Positions 1 to 9,903 of a DNA stretch of 56,183 nucleotides are shown in pieces (position 1 is the first letter of the stretch; each line of letters starts with the position of its first letter). The notes beneath the pieces were generated by a model. That model was given only the letters and a program-made list of their open reading frames with translations. It searched no databases and was not told where the DNA came from. A program made the position numbers and the translations under genes. Source of the stretch: Deltaproteobacteria bacterium (lineage in GTDB: Bacteria; Bdellovibrionota; JACOXK01; 2-02-FULL-40-11); contig JACQJD010000080.1 in NCBI GenBank assembly GCA_016198185.1, positions 1 through 56,183 on the forward strand. Direction: 5' to 3'.

Positions 1-30
1 ATTTACAGAAATGGGGTTCTTTTGTAGAAG

Positions 31-47
31 TGGAATGCGGTTTGCAT
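31..47 (+). promoter_or_regulatory. sigma54 (RpoN) -24/-12 promoter candidate
   Basis: TGGAATG-CGGT-TTGCA matches TGGCACG-N4-TTGCW with exact GG-N10-GC spacing, upstream of the 126..1253 gene. Confidence 0.6.
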
Positions 48-58
48 GATAGCAGCCT

Positions 59-99
59 GTCATTCTGAGGCCCGTAGGGCCGAAGAATCCCGTCGTCTT
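59..99. repeat. REP-like repeat (GTCATTCTGAG...GAAGAATC family), partial copy
   Basis: GTCATTCTGAGGCCCGTAGGGCCGAAGAATCCCGTCGTCTT is nearly identical to 9811-9851 and has an internal GGCCC/GGGCC hairpin. Confidence 0.75.
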
Positions 100-125
100 T
101 AACTCTGGTTTACAGGGCCGTTATC

Positions 126-1253
126 ATGAAGGAGGAACGAATGGAAAATATAATTTACTTGAAAAAGCGTAAGATGAATCTCAGCATTCGTCTTTGGCTG
201 GCGCTGATGGTTGTCATGTCATCTGCGATGTCACTGCCACTGTGGGGACAGGAAGAAGAAGCTCCTTCGAAAACCAATTACCACCCCTTGGTTTACGATA
301 ATGTGTCTCTTACGATGGATAACATTCATTATACTATTGAACGGATTGATGGGTTTATTCAAAAATTTAAAACCAAACGGGTTTCGCAGGGTGCCACAGC
401 GATGATGGCGGATGACCTTTCGGCAACTGTAATGTTTGCCAATGGCTGTTTAAGTCCTATTTTTGTTTCCTTAGATCGAAAATGTTTAGATCTCTCCTCT
501 CAAGATAAGGAAATTATTGAGGGCTCACGACTCAGACTGGATGAAGTGATGCTCACGTTTGAAAATTTTCAAGAGGCTGTGGATAACGGCAGAGTCCCTC
601 CGCATTCTTTTTTAAATATTTTAATCTCTGAAAAAACGAAATTAGAATCTATTCGAGACTCATTATTTCAAATTCTGGAGAAGAAAGATGTGGCCTCGAC
701 ATCGAAAAATAATTCTAGTGACGTGCTGATCCAAACTTCAGATGGCAAAACCCATTATCATCCCATTATTTATTATGGGGTTTCATCAACACTTTACAAT
801 ATTAAAAATCACCTCAAAAATCTCGAAACATTTATTAAGCTCTATGAAACCCGAGGCAAGCCCGGTGATGTTATCTTTGATAGAGATGTCGTCTTTGCCA
901 TTTCCGATGGATGGACATCACAGATTTACATGGGTAGTCAATCGCTTAAGCCTTTAAAAGCAGCGGTTGAAACCCATGTTATTGAGCTTTGCGAAGAAGA
1001 TCAAAAAATTATTGAAGACGCATTAGCTGAATTCAAAGCTATTGAGAATAAATTTCGTGATTTTACAACGGCTATTGAGGGAGGGAAGGCGGAACCTGAA
1101 GATTTCTTGGTAGTGTTGCGTTCCGCCAAAGATGAATTACGTAGCCCCTGGAGCAAGTTGGTTAAAATTATCTACAAAGATGCTCGAATCAAAAGGATTG
1201 CTGCTGTGAAAGAAAGTTTTCCTGAAGAACTCCCATTATTTCAAGAGGAATAA
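126..1253 (+). CDS. secreted hypothetical protein with two tandem helical repeats
   Basis: 375-aa ORF; GGAGG precedes the second Met (141); signal-peptide-like N-terminus; two repeats beginning KTNYHPLVY and KTHYHPIIY. Confidence 0.75.
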   Translation: MKEERMENIIYLKKRKMNLSIRLWLALMVVMSSAMSLPLWGQEEEAPSKTNYHPLVYDNVSLTMDNIHYTIERIDGFIQKFKTKRVSQGATAMMADDLSATVMFANGCLSPIFVSLDRKCLDLSSQDKEIIEGSRLRLDEVMLTFENFQEAVDNGRVPPHSFLNILISEKTKLESIRDSLFQILEKKDVASTSKNNSSDVLIQTSDGKTHYHPIIYYGVSSTLYNIKNHLKNLETFIKLYETRGKPGDVIFDRDVVFAISDGWTSQIYMGSQSLKPLKAAVETHVIELCEEDQKIIEDALAEFKAIENKFRDFTTAIEGGKAEPEDFLVVLRSAKDELRSPWSKLVKIIYKDARIKRIAAVKESFPEELPLFQEE

Positions 1254-1263
1254 AAATAGTTTT

Positions 1264-2709
1264 TTATTCCAATTTATAATTTTTTCCGTCATCAGCTTTA
1301 GAGGCCTTCTCAACAGTAGCATTTCCACTCCTAATGGTCTCCGTTCTCATTTTTATGTTTTTATCGGTGGCACTGCCCGTGATGATACAGCTGGTTCGAA
1401 TATCGCAGATAACATCAATATTGCTGTTGACCATGGCCCTCCCCTCTGGGCTATTGGCAATCTCTGGGTTTTTAAGCAGTGCTTTTTGTTCTGCTTCCCG
1501 TTTGCTCATCTCCCCTTGCACATCGGAAAGCTCCTTTTGAAGAAGATCGTTTGCGGTATGAAGGATGGCCTGCCGCTTTTTTCTTCCTTCCGTCTGCTCC
1601 ATGGCAACCTTCACATTCGCTGCCAAAAGCCTTAATGCTGCAAAATTTCTGGCGGAGGCTTCTTTCGGAACACAAGGCTCCGTGAGGTCCTCTCCAGGGT
1701 CTTTGATCCCAGCAAGCTCTTCATCTGCCATGGTCTCTAACTCTGATTTCATTTCAGCTAAAATGGTAGGATCAATGACCAAATAAGGGTCCTTCTCTAA
1801 GACCGCCGATATTTCTTCGGCTGCCCGAATGCGATCGTGTCTTGTAAAATCCTTATTTCGAAACACATTCAGACTATCTTGAATGAGTGCCCGTTTTTGA
1901 ATCATGAGGGCATTGTAATCCTCTGCGTTTTGAGCCAAAGCTTTAAAAGCAATGGCTTCATCGACAATGGTAAAATTTGGATTTTGAATCAGGGGATCCA
2001 GTGCTTGAGAAGAAGCATTCGCGGAAGTTTGAAGCGAGGCATTTACTTGCGACAAATTCTGTGGAAGAACGAGAGGTTTCCTCGGTTCTTCTTTCTTAAA
2101 ACGAGATCTTTGATGTTTGAGTGGGTCTACAAAAACAAGAGATGCTTTGGTTTGAATTTGAGCTGCCGCTCTACGGACCTCTGGTTCGGGAAGTATCTGC
2201 ACCTTCATGGGATGTGTGACAGAAGCTGTGACCAAAGGCGAAGTCTCATGACTTTCCTGGTGAAGAGAAGCTCTGGATTCAACATCAACAACCGGTGGCA
2301 CTTCGATATTTCTGGCTGCCAATTCCGTTTGAATTTCTAAAATAGCTTTCTTTCGTTCCGCTTGAGCCTCTTCTTTAAGTTTTGCTTGAAGTTGATAGGC
2401 TACTCGAATCAAGTTTTTTAAATCTGGAAAGAGCTCGTCTATAGGATCTATGGGATCGCCCCCATTGAGGTTTTGGTTATACAAGAGATCCCCTTGGACC
2501 CTGGGGTCAGAACCCGTTTGATAAACTCGGGCTTCTAAGGAAGTACAGAACATCCAAAGAAACAGCATGGCCAAAGGAATCTTCCATTTAAGGCCAGAAG
2601 GTTTCTTGAGCCGGCCCTTGGGATAAAGCGTTAAATCTATCGGTGGACTGACTGGAACTATATTCCAAAAGCAAACTGTGGTTACATCGGTTTCGAACTT
2701 ACATTTCAT
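1264..2709 (-). CDS. hypothetical exported or membrane-anchored coiled-coil protein
   Basis: 481-aa ORF with GGAGG RBS; hydrophobic segment at about aa 44-60; A/E/K/Q-rich helical body; no family recognised. Confidence 0.75.
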   Translation of the reverse strand: MKCKFETDVTTVCFWNIVPVSPPIDLTLYPKGRLKKPSGLKWKIPLAMLFLWMFCTSLEARVYQTGSDPRVQGDLLYNQNLNGGDPIDPIDELFPDLKNLIRVAYQLQAKLKEEAQAERKKAILEIQTELAARNIEVPPVVDVESRASLHQESHETSPLVTASVTHPMKVQILPEPEVRRAAAQIQTKASLVFVDPLKHQRSRFKKEEPRKPLVLPQNLSQVNASLQTSANASSQALDPLIQNPNFTIVDEAIAFKALAQNAEDYNALMIQKRALIQDSLNVFRNKDFTRHDRIRAAEEISAVLEKDPYLVIDPTILAEMKSELETMADEELAGIKDPGEDLTEPCVPKEASARNFAALRLLAANVKVAMEQTEGRKKRQAILHTANDLLQKELSDVQGEMSKREAEQKALLKNPEIANSPEGRAMVNSNIDVICDIRTSCIITGSATDKNIKMRTETIRSGNATVEKASKADDGKNYKLE

Positions 2710-2763
2710 AAAACACCTCCATCTGAGTGGTTATTCCCAAAATACCTATCTCTTTTTTAAATA

Positions 2764-2780
2764 TGCAAAGGTCGTGCCAA
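2764..2780 (-). promoter_or_regulatory. sigma54 promoter
   Basis: Minus strand reads TTGGCACGACCTTTGCA, a perfect TGGCACG-N4-TTGCA, about 55 nt upstream of the ATG at 2709. Confidence 0.85.
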
Positions 2781-2933
2781 ATAAAACAACATGAGAAAAA
2801 ATATTTATTCGCGAGCTCATTTCCGACGGAAAATTAGAATTTCATTAAAATAATTAAAATTTAATGTGTAAAAAAATAAGACATCAAAATGAATTAACCG
2901 ACGGAAACCACTGTGTTTTTTTGATTTTGCCCC

Positions 2934-2951
2934 CTGTCAAAAGTTAGACAG
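2934..2951. promoter_or_regulatory. candidate enhancer-binding-protein site (UAS)
   Basis: Imperfect palindrome CTGTCAAAAGTTAGACAG about 160 nt upstream of the sigma54 promoter in an AT-rich spacer. Confidence 0.4.
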
Positions 2952-3192
2952 TTCCCAGCACATCACGCTAAGCTCTTGTATTTTCGAGAGAAACCAAAAC
3001 AACAGGAAGAAACTTTATAAAAAAACAACACGCGTTGTAAAAAAGTTCGACGATCTTTAAATAATAAAAAAAGAAATATTAAAATCTCATTAAATTTTAA
3101 TGTGTGAGCTCTTAAGCAAACATTTAACAGCTTGTGTTTGCCTTTAAGATCCACCGTAAAGAATTATTTTTTTGAACAAACAACCTTCACTA

Positions 3193-4818
3193 TTAATCGA
3201 TGAGATCTAAAAGAGTTTGCCCGACTTTGGTGCTGTGAATATATCCAGAAAATTTTTTGGAAATTTTGGAAGGCCCATAAGACATGATCGGGACGAGGGT
3301 GGATGTATGCGTGCCGGTGCCCCACACCACTTGTTGTTCTTTGGCCATGGCCCGACCCATTAAATTGCACCGGTTTTCAAAACCATACACATAAAATTCT
3401 TTAAAATCATGAATTTTGGGCATCTCTGGATCTCCCAAATATTCATGGTCTTTGATAAAAAAGGTATTGGGTTCTGTTTTTAAAATATTTTGGGCATCTT
3501 CTAAAGAAATTTTAAATTCGCAGTTCTCATTTGTAAGCTTTTGGAGCGCTTGCGGCTTTTGTTCCATTTTAGCAAGTGCTTCAAATTCTTCTAAAATTTT
3601 CTCAAAACTCTTTTTCTGTTTAAAAATCCGATCCAAAACTTCTGGATTTCCAAAGTTAAATTTTGGTGCATACCATGCATTTTTCATGGCATCCCCAGAA
3701 AGAGCTTTTGGTGGAGGTACATTGTTTTTAGAATAACTCAATCCAAACCCCCCTGTTTCATGGTCTGCTGTAACGATTAAAAGCGTATCCCGCCTTCCAG
3801 AAATCCAGTCCATCACGCCACCGATGGCTTCATCAAACGCTAAAAGTTCATGAAGCATCATTCCGGTATCATTATAATGACCGGCATAGTCAATGAGCCC
3901 CCCTTCGATCATTAAAACAAAGCCATGCTTATTTTTTGATAGGACTTCGAGTGCTTTGAGGGACATTTCTTTTAAAGAAGGATAAGGAAAATTCGAGTCT
4001 TGTTGATAAACCCTGGTATCGATCACATAGGGTAAATTGCTGACATCAAAAAATCCCAATACTTTGGCGTGATGGGAAGCGGAAAACGTTTCTAACGCTT
4101 GCCGAGAATAAAGAATGTCATAGCCTGCATTTCTAAATTCTTGAATGAGGTTTCGATCATCTTTTCGCTTGGAAACCAACATCAGCGGTATTTTTTCATT
4201 TCCCATATCCAAATTTTTTGGCAAAAAATGCCGCAGCCCCCCAGCAAAAGCAACGTCGGGTTTTAGCTCTAAAAGATCGAGTGCAATTTCATTTTCAAGA
4301 GAACGATGACGTTGGTGCGCATAGAACCCTGCAGGCGTTGCATGCGTCATTCGCGTATTGGTCACAAAACCAACTGCTTTTCCATGCCGCTTGGCCTTTT
4401 CCAACACCGTTTCACGGCGATTTCCTTCATGGTCTAACCCGACCATCTCTGCACGGGTCCAAGCACCCGTTGCAAGCTGTGTCGCAGAGCCAGCAGAATC
4501 GGTCACCAAATTCTGATGGATGTACGTCCCCATCAGTCCCAGCTCCCCCTCCTGCATCAGCCTCTCCAAATTTAACGTGGCATCCTGGATAGCAGAACCG
4601 GGTGCTTGCTTGGCATATTGCATGGCCAAAGAAATCTGTTGTGGCCCCATGCCATCTCCAATCATCACAATAATATTCTTTGGCCTAAGCGGATTTAAAA
4701 AGAAAAAATAAATCCAAAAGAGCGAAAACAAACTCACCAAAATGAAAAGAGAAACAATAAATTTTCTGAAATTACTGGTGCACGGCTGTACGGAAACACT
4801 CGTAATAAACATGAGCAA
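3193..4818 (-). CDS. phoA: alkaline phosphatase
   Basis: IGDGMG, VTDSAGSAT (catalytic Ser), HATPA, EGGLIDYAGH, TADHETGG and TGTHT motifs; N-terminal TM anchor; start may be the ATG at 4812. Confidence 0.93.
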   Translation of the reverse strand: MLMFITSVSVQPCTSNFRKFIVSLFILVSLFSLFWIYFFFLNPLRPKNIIVMIGDGMGPQQISLAMQYAKQAPGSAIQDATLNLERLMQEGELGLMGTYIHQNLVTDSAGSATQLATGAWTRAEMVGLDHEGNRRETVLEKAKRHGKAVGFVTNTRMTHATPAGFYAHQRHRSLENEIALDLLELKPDVAFAGGLRHFLPKNLDMGNEKIPLMLVSKRKDDRNLIQEFRNAGYDILYSRQALETFSASHHAKVLGFFDVSNLPYVIDTRVYQQDSNFPYPSLKEMSLKALEVLSKNKHGFVLMIEGGLIDYAGHYNDTGMMLHELLAFDEAIGGVMDWISGRRDTLLIVTADHETGGFGLSYSKNNVPPPKALSGDAMKNAWYAPKFNFGNPEVLDRIFKQKKSFEKILEEFEALAKMEQKPQALQKLTNENCEFKISLEDAQNILKTEPNTFFIKDHEYLGDPEMPKIHDFKEFYVYGFENRCNLMGRAMAKEQQVVWGTGTHTSTLVPIMSYGPSKISKKFSGYIHSTKVGQTLLDLID

Positions 4819-4870
4819 CTTTTGTATGTAAGAATGTTTGGGTTGTCAAAGACTTCCTTTTCACTCTGTG

Positions 4871-4955
4871 CCCATATCTTGAGATCACATCTTCAGGGAG
4901 TTGGAACGATGGCTCTATATCCCCAACCCCTGAAGATGTGATCTCAAGATATGGG
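4871..4955. repeat. long hairpin, family A copy 1
   Basis: 28-bp perfect inverted repeat 4871-4898/4928-4955; loop AGTTGGAACGATGGCTCTATAT shared with 51370-51456. Confidence 0.9.
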
Positions 4956-5009
4956 GAATTGATTGCAAAGATATATTTGATTTAGTAAATTTTTACGAAG
5001 GTATCGATC

Positions 5010-5732
5010 GTGCTTAAAAAACGACCACTTTTGTTTTTGGGCATTTGTGTAGGCATTTATTTTTTGAGCTTTCAGGCAATGTCATTGCCTTTGGCTGAAA
5101 AAGAAACGGCCCATCGTTTAAGTTATCATTTCAACCAACTTTATGATCAGGCCAAAAATCAACGCTGGAAGCAATCCGGACTTAATCTCGGCATTGGTGC
5201 ACTCACGGGCGCAGGTGCCGTTGCCACCTATTACTCTGGAAATGAAAAAACCAAACAAGTAGGCGTCCCTGCTCTCGGTATTTTAAGTGGTATTTTTACT
5301 TTCTATGGAGGATATCTTTTCTTTTCCCCCTCTCCATATGAATCTTGGCTTTCAAATTATCGAAATTTATCTGAGATCCGTGATCCAACCCAACGCAAGG
5401 TAAAAGTGCATTTGGCAGAACAGGAACTTAAATCTTTGGCCCTTCGCAAACGCACCGAACGCTTACTTGCGGCCAGCAGTTATACGGCTTCGGGACTTGG
5501 CATCTTGGGATGGTACACCACCCAAAATCAACGGGACTCTCAATCATTCCTGTTATACCAAAGTGTCGTAATGACCATGGCAGGATTATTTCAATTATTT
5601 CAAAAAAATGACGTTGAAACACAATACCGTTCTTACGAGGAGTGGAAAAAGAATCATAGAACGATCGTCCACTCAAACGCCCCTTCCATTTCACTCACGC
5701 CTGAAGGCCTCACCGCTACACTCTTTTTTTAA
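5010..5732 (+). CDS. hypothetical membrane or envelope protein
   Basis: 240 aa; signal peptide, four Gly/Ala-rich hydrophobic segments, C-terminal strand ending in Phe. Confidence 0.7.
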   Translation: MLKKRPLLFLGICVGIYFLSFQAMSLPLAEKETAHRLSYHFNQLYDQAKNQRWKQSGLNLGIGALTGAGAVATYYSGNEKTKQVGVPALGILSGIFTFYGGYLFFSPSPYESWLSNYRNLSEIRDPTQRKVKVHLAEQELKSLALRKRTERLLAASSYTASGLGILGWYTTQNQRDSQSFLLYQSVVMTMAGLFQLFQKNDVETQYRSYEEWKKNHRTIVHSNAPSISLTPEGLTATLFF

Positions 5733-7372
5733 TAAGAATTCTGATAACGTTGGGTAATCGGTAACCGCCGTCCCATCCCAAACGCTTTCGTTGTAATACG
5801 CAGTCCGGGGGGCGCTTGTCGTCGTTTGTACTCGTTCCGATCAATCCGCTCAACAACTTCTTTCGAAACTTGCGGATCCAACCCTTGTTGAATGATTTTT
5901 GAAACAGAAAGGTGCTCTTCGATATAAGCTTTTAAAATTTTATCCAATGTCGAGTAAGGTGGAAGCGAATCCTCATCCTTTTGATTCGGGCGCAATTCTG
6001 CAGAAGGAGGTTTCACCAAACAATTGGCGGGAATCACTTCTTGCGTACGATTGATGAATTTTGAAATTTCATAGACCATGGTTTTGGGAACATCAGACAA
6101 CACGGCAAGACCTCCCGTCAAATCCCCATACAACGTACAATACCCTGTTGCCAATTCTGATTTATTGCCCGTACTGAGCAACATCGCTTGCCACTGATTT
6201 GAAAGCGCCATGAGCAGCGTTCCTCGAATCCGAGCTTGTATATTTTCTTCCGTTAACGTCGGTCCAACATTCGAAAAAAGCGGCTTCAATGTCTCCAAAA
6301 AGGCTTTATACAAAGGCTCTATGGAAAGGGTATAGATCTTCATGTTTAGATTTTTGGAAAGTGCCTCGGCATCTTGCCGACTTTCTACAGATGAAAACCG
6401 AGACGGCATTAAAATGCCTGTAACCTGTTCATTGCCCAAGGCTCGTACTGCTAAGGTCGCCGTTAAAGCAGAATCCAATCCCCCACTTAAGCCAATCAAC
6501 ACTTTTGAAAAACCACATTTTTGAACATAATCCCGAATCCCCAGTTCCAAAGCCAAAATGACCGCTTCTATTTCGGAAGAAGGAAGCGATCGAATTTCAC
6601 CCACCGACCGATCCACATCTACGACAATGAGATCTTCTTTGAACCTGGCACAGTGTCCAATGATGTCTCCTTTTTCATTCACAGCAAAACTGCCCCCATC
6701 AAAAATGAGTTCATCATTGGCCCCTACTTGATTGACATAAATGCAGGCAATGCCATGTTTTTGAGAAAGCGATTTTAAAACGTTATGGCGGGCGCCCAAC
6801 CTCCCCATCGAAAAAGGAGAGGAAGAAATATTAATTAAAATCGTATTCTTGGCTTTCAACAACCCTTCGAGAGGATCTTTCTCATAAAGCTTTCTTTTTA
6901 AAAATCCTGGATCATTCCAAATATCTTCACAAATAGAAATCGCCAGCGGTTTTGATTTGAACATCATGGAATGTACTTCTTTGGCTGGCTCAAAATGTCT
7001 TGTTTCGTCAAACACATCATAACTGGGTAGCAACGATTTAAAATGCTTGGAAATAATTTTTCCATCTTGAATCAAAGCAGCTGCATTCAAAAAAGGCTTC
7101 CCCGTAGCAGCTGGATTTTTTTCGACATATCCTACAATGGCTGCAATGCCATGAATTTTTTCTGCCATTTGTGTTAAAACGTTTAAATTATCTTCTACAA
7201 AATGTTCTTTATCTAATAAATCCAAAGGTGGGTACCCCACCAAAGAAAGTTCCGAAAACACAATGAGATCTGCTTGTTTCGCTTTTGCCTTCTCAATCTG
7301 ATCCAACATTTTTTGGCAATTCTTTTGAAAGGCACCAATCGTGGGGTTAATTTGACCTAATGCAATCTTCAT
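5729..7372 (-). CDS. nadE: glutamine-dependent NAD+ synthetase
   Basis: N-terminal nitrilase domain (E..K..ICED), SGGLDS PP-loop, ENIQARIRG, TGNKSE and PPSAEL motifs. Confidence 0.97.
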   Translation of the reverse strand: MKIALGQINPTIGAFQKNCQKMLDQIEKAKAKQADLIVFSELSLVGYPPLDLLDKEHFVEDNLNVLTQMAEKIHGIAAIVGYVEKNPAATGKPFLNAAALIQDGKIISKHFKSLLPSYDVFDETRHFEPAKEVHSMMFKSKPLAISICEDIWNDPGFLKRKLYEKDPLEGLLKAKNTILINISSSPFSMGRLGARHNVLKSLSQKHGIACIYVNQVGANDELIFDGGSFAVNEKGDIIGHCARFKEDLIVVDVDRSVGEIRSLPSSEIEAVILALELGIRDYVQKCGFSKVLIGLSGGLDSALTATLAVRALGNEQVTGILMPSRFSSVESRQDAEALSKNLNMKIYTLSIEPLYKAFLETLKPLFSNVGPTLTEENIQARIRGTLLMALSNQWQAMLLSTGNKSELATGYCTLYGDLTGGLAVLSDVPKTMVYEISKFINRTQEVIPANCLVKPPSAELRPNQKDEDSLPPYSTLDKILKAYIEEHLSVSKIIQQGLDPQVSKEVVERIDRNEYKRRQAPPGLRITTKAFGMGRRLPITQRYQNSY

Positions 7373-8559
7373 ATATGAAACTCATAATTCCTTAAGTGAT
7401 AAATAGCCGACTTAAAGCCACTTTGAACCATCTTTATCATATACGACTCTGAAAGACTAAAATGGTCGCTGAGAAAAAGAGCATAGTCCTCTGGAAGCGG
7501 ATGAATGAAAATATAATGAATGTCTTTGTTAAATTGTAATTTTTTTTCCAGCTCTTCGCATAAGAGTTTTCGTTTTTCTTCCGGCAAGCCATGGTCTTTA
7601 AAAAATTGATTCACCGTATCCAAGGCAATGATTTTATTTTGCCAAAGACGCTTGGAGGTATGTATTTTTTGCTCAATGAGTTGATAGATTGCCTGAATCA
7701 TCACATAGGAAATACCATAATCGGCCAAGGAACCAATCTCGGGCGTATAGTGATAGGGCTGATGGGTATAAGAAGCCAGAACCAGATCACATTTCATGTC
7801 TTTGGCCACATGGGTGGATAAGGTTTCGCGGATTTCACCATCAAAATAATACAAATTTCCTTGGCGTGATTTTAAAAGATACGGTCGATAGATGGGTGGC
7901 AACGCGGTCGACGCTGCACAAGCTTGAGAAATTTTAACAGAGCCATCATAAATAGCATGGTGTTCCGGCCGAGCTTTAAAATGCTCATATTTACAAAAAA
8001 TAGATTTATTGGAATAATCGAGCTGAGAGGCCACCACAAATAAATCTGAACTTAAATTTTGAAAACAATTGGTCGGCAAGGCAAGACGCATGTATTGTTC
8101 AATCCCGACCGTGGTAAAAAATCCCCCAAACGAAAAAACGTTTTTAATCAAAGACTCCAAAGTACCCGTGGCAACTCCTTTTTTTCGAATTTGAAAAAGG
8201 TGCAATAGCCTTTTAAAATTGGGAAGTGCAATATGAAAAAGATCTCTAAATCCCAGCGGCGGGAGCTTCTTGTTTGCTTTTTTGGGATTGGCGAAGGAAG
8301 CTACAATGTCTCGCAGCGTGTACCCACTGGCGAGCAACGCAACAATAACACTGCCCGCACTGGAGCCCACATAGGTTTGAATGGGAAGCTTCCGTTCGGG
8401 TGGCGTTAGGGATTCCTTTTTGGTCCCCCCTAGGAAATAAAACCCTTTTTTTTCAAGAGCAATGCAGACCCCAATGTGAAAACAAGCAGCTTTAATGGCC
8501 CCCCCTGAGGCCACGAGTGCAATTTTTTGCTTATGCTCAATGTGGATTTTTTTTCTCAT
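7369..8559 (-). CDS. patatin-like phospholipase
   Basis: SGGA oxyanion motif, GSSAG nucleophile elbow, ASTALP, DGE catalytic Asp; 4-nt overlap with nadE. Confidence 0.9.
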   Translation of the reverse strand: MRKKIHIEHKQKIALVASGGAIKAACFHIGVCIALEKKGFYFLGGTKKESLTPPERKLPIQTYVGSSAGSVIVALLASGYTLRDIVASFANPKKANKKLPPLGFRDLFHIALPNFKRLLHLFQIRKKGVATGTLESLIKNVFSFGGFFTTVGIEQYMRLALPTNCFQNLSSDLFVVASQLDYSNKSIFCKYEHFKARPEHHAIYDGSVKISQACAASTALPPIYRPYLLKSRQGNLYYFDGEIRETLSTHVAKDMKCDLVLASYTHQPYHYTPEIGSLADYGISYVMIQAIYQLIEQKIHTSKRLWQNKIIALDTVNQFFKDHGLPEEKRKLLCEELEKKLQFNKDIHYIFIHPLPEDYALFLSDHFSLSESYMIKMVQSGFKSAIYHLRNYEFHI

Positions 8560-8614
8560 GAAGAAAGAATTGATTTAACTATAGCGACTTACTATAATCA
8601 AGTGAAAGTCATTT

Positions 8615-8866
8615 ATGGAAAACACAAAGTGGATGCCTCTTTTGGATTATGCAGCAACCAAAGGCATTAGTCTTTCCACCCTACGGCGGCGCATTAAGGC
8701 CAACAAAATTCAATACGAACTTCGAGGGGGAAAATATTATATTTTTGATGACGGCCAGTACCCCATAGAAGACCCTCAGAAGACCATTTCGGATTTAAAA
8801 GAAGAAATCGCAGATCTCAAAACCTACGTTAAGTTTCTGGAAGAAAAAACAGGAACGGCTCAGTAA
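8615..8866 (+). CDS. small HTH DNA-binding protein with C-terminal coiled coil
   Basis: YAATKGISLSTLRRRIK excisionase/MerR-like HTH; heptad tail; TTGATT-17-TATAAT promoter upstream. Confidence 0.75.
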   Translation: MENTKWMPLLDYAATKGISLSTLRRRIKANKIQYELRGGKYYIFDDGQYPIEDPQKTISDLKEEIADLKTYVKFLEEKTGTAQ

Positions 8867-8889
8867 GTTTTAAAAATCAAAGTCAGCCC

Positions 8890-8947
8890 ACTCCAGAATC
8901 TTTCTGAGGCGGCATTGTATTTTCGAGCCTCAAAGATATTTTGGAGT
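8890..8947. repeat. imperfect hairpin, family B copy (inverted relative to 23308 copy)
   Basis: Arms ACTCCAGAAT..TGAGGC / GCCTCA..ATTTTGGAGT; loop reverse complement TCGAAAATACAATGCC resembles the loop at 23332-23346; lies between convergent genes. Confidence 0.7.
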
Positions 8948-8992
8948 AGCCAAAACTTGAAACAACTTTATGGACAACGCGCTTCAAGCCCT

Positions 8993-9748
8993 TCATGAAG
9001 GCGCTAACGATCGATATGCATTCGTCTCATTCTTTTTAATTTTCTTAAAGATAGTCACAAACTCATAAGCAGGAAGTTCTAAATGAATGCGATCGTGGTA
9101 ACGCTCCCACCAAAATTTGTAACTCTCAAAATTATTCGTAATTAAAACAGAAGGCGTTAAGCGTTGTAGCAATTCCCACGTAAAGAAATAATTGGCATCT
9201 TTCTTATTTTCGTTTTCGTAAGCTGGATCCAAAAAAACAATAAACGCTGGAATGGCCAATAAATTTTTTTCGGAAAGTAGATAATACCCAATATAATTCA
9301 AAAAGCGCGTATCATAGCGACGCAATTCGGTTAATGCATTTTTTAAAGAAACTTGTTTTTTGATTTGTTCCACCTGATCTGTCAATTCTGATCGATAGTA
9401 ATAAAGCCCTCCTAAAATTTTTCGGATATACTCGTTTGGAAAAGGGCTCTTTTCAGCGGCAATATATTGATCAAATACCCACCCTTCCAGTTTTTCTTCG
9501 ATCAAATAAACTTTGGCCCAATGGCCCTCAAGATTCTCAATTTTGATGGATTCCGGTGCTTTTTCCAAAATTTTAAGAGCGGTTCCTTGGGTTGCCCGAT
9601 GAACAACGACGCTATCAGATGCATTGGGTTTGGACCGAACATTGGCGTACACACCTGCGATCACGCCAAAGGTTTCTTCTGCAGCAAAAATAGGACCCCA
9701 CGCAATGCCCACCCCTAATCCCACAAGAAATGTATTTAAAAATTTCAT
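8993..9748 (-). CDS. secreted SH3b-domain protein
   Basis: Signal peptide; ANVRSKP...W.KV...EGWVFDQYI bacterial SH3 pattern; unrecognised helical C-terminal domain. Confidence 0.8.
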   Translation of the reverse strand: MKFLNTFLVGLGVGIAWGPIFAAEETFGVIAGVYANVRSKPNASDSVVVHRATQGTALKILEKAPESIKIENLEGHWAKVYLIEEKLEGWVFDQYIAAEKSPFPNEYIRKILGGLYYYRSELTDQVEQIKKQVSLKNALTELRRYDTRFLNYIGYYLLSEKNLLAIPAFIVFLDPAYENENKKDANYFFTWELLQRLTPSVLITNNFESYKFWWERYHDRIHLELPAYEFVTIFKKIKKNETNAYRSLAPS

Positions 9749-9793
9749 AGACCTATGATGAATTCAGACGCAATGACTGTCAAGGGAGATCTG

Positions 9794-9900
9794 GCAGGCT
9801 GCCGAAAACCGTCATTCTGAGGGCCAAAGGCCCGAAGAATCCCATCGTCTTCGACGATGAGTTCACTTCGTTCAGGATGACGGCATTTTGAACACCCTGC
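9794..9900. mobile_element. MITE-like element enclosing a REP-like doublet
   Basis: Ends GCAGGCTGCCGAAAA / TTTTGAACACCCTGC resemble the 19105-19236 termini; internal CCGTCATTCTGA...TCAGGATGACGG inverted pair. Confidence 0.7.
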
Positions 9901-9903
9901 TGG

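Noticed and set aside
2963-3154. 63-aa ORF in the AT-rich spacer
   Set aside because: Low-complexity AT-rich translation without an RBS; the region looks regulatory.
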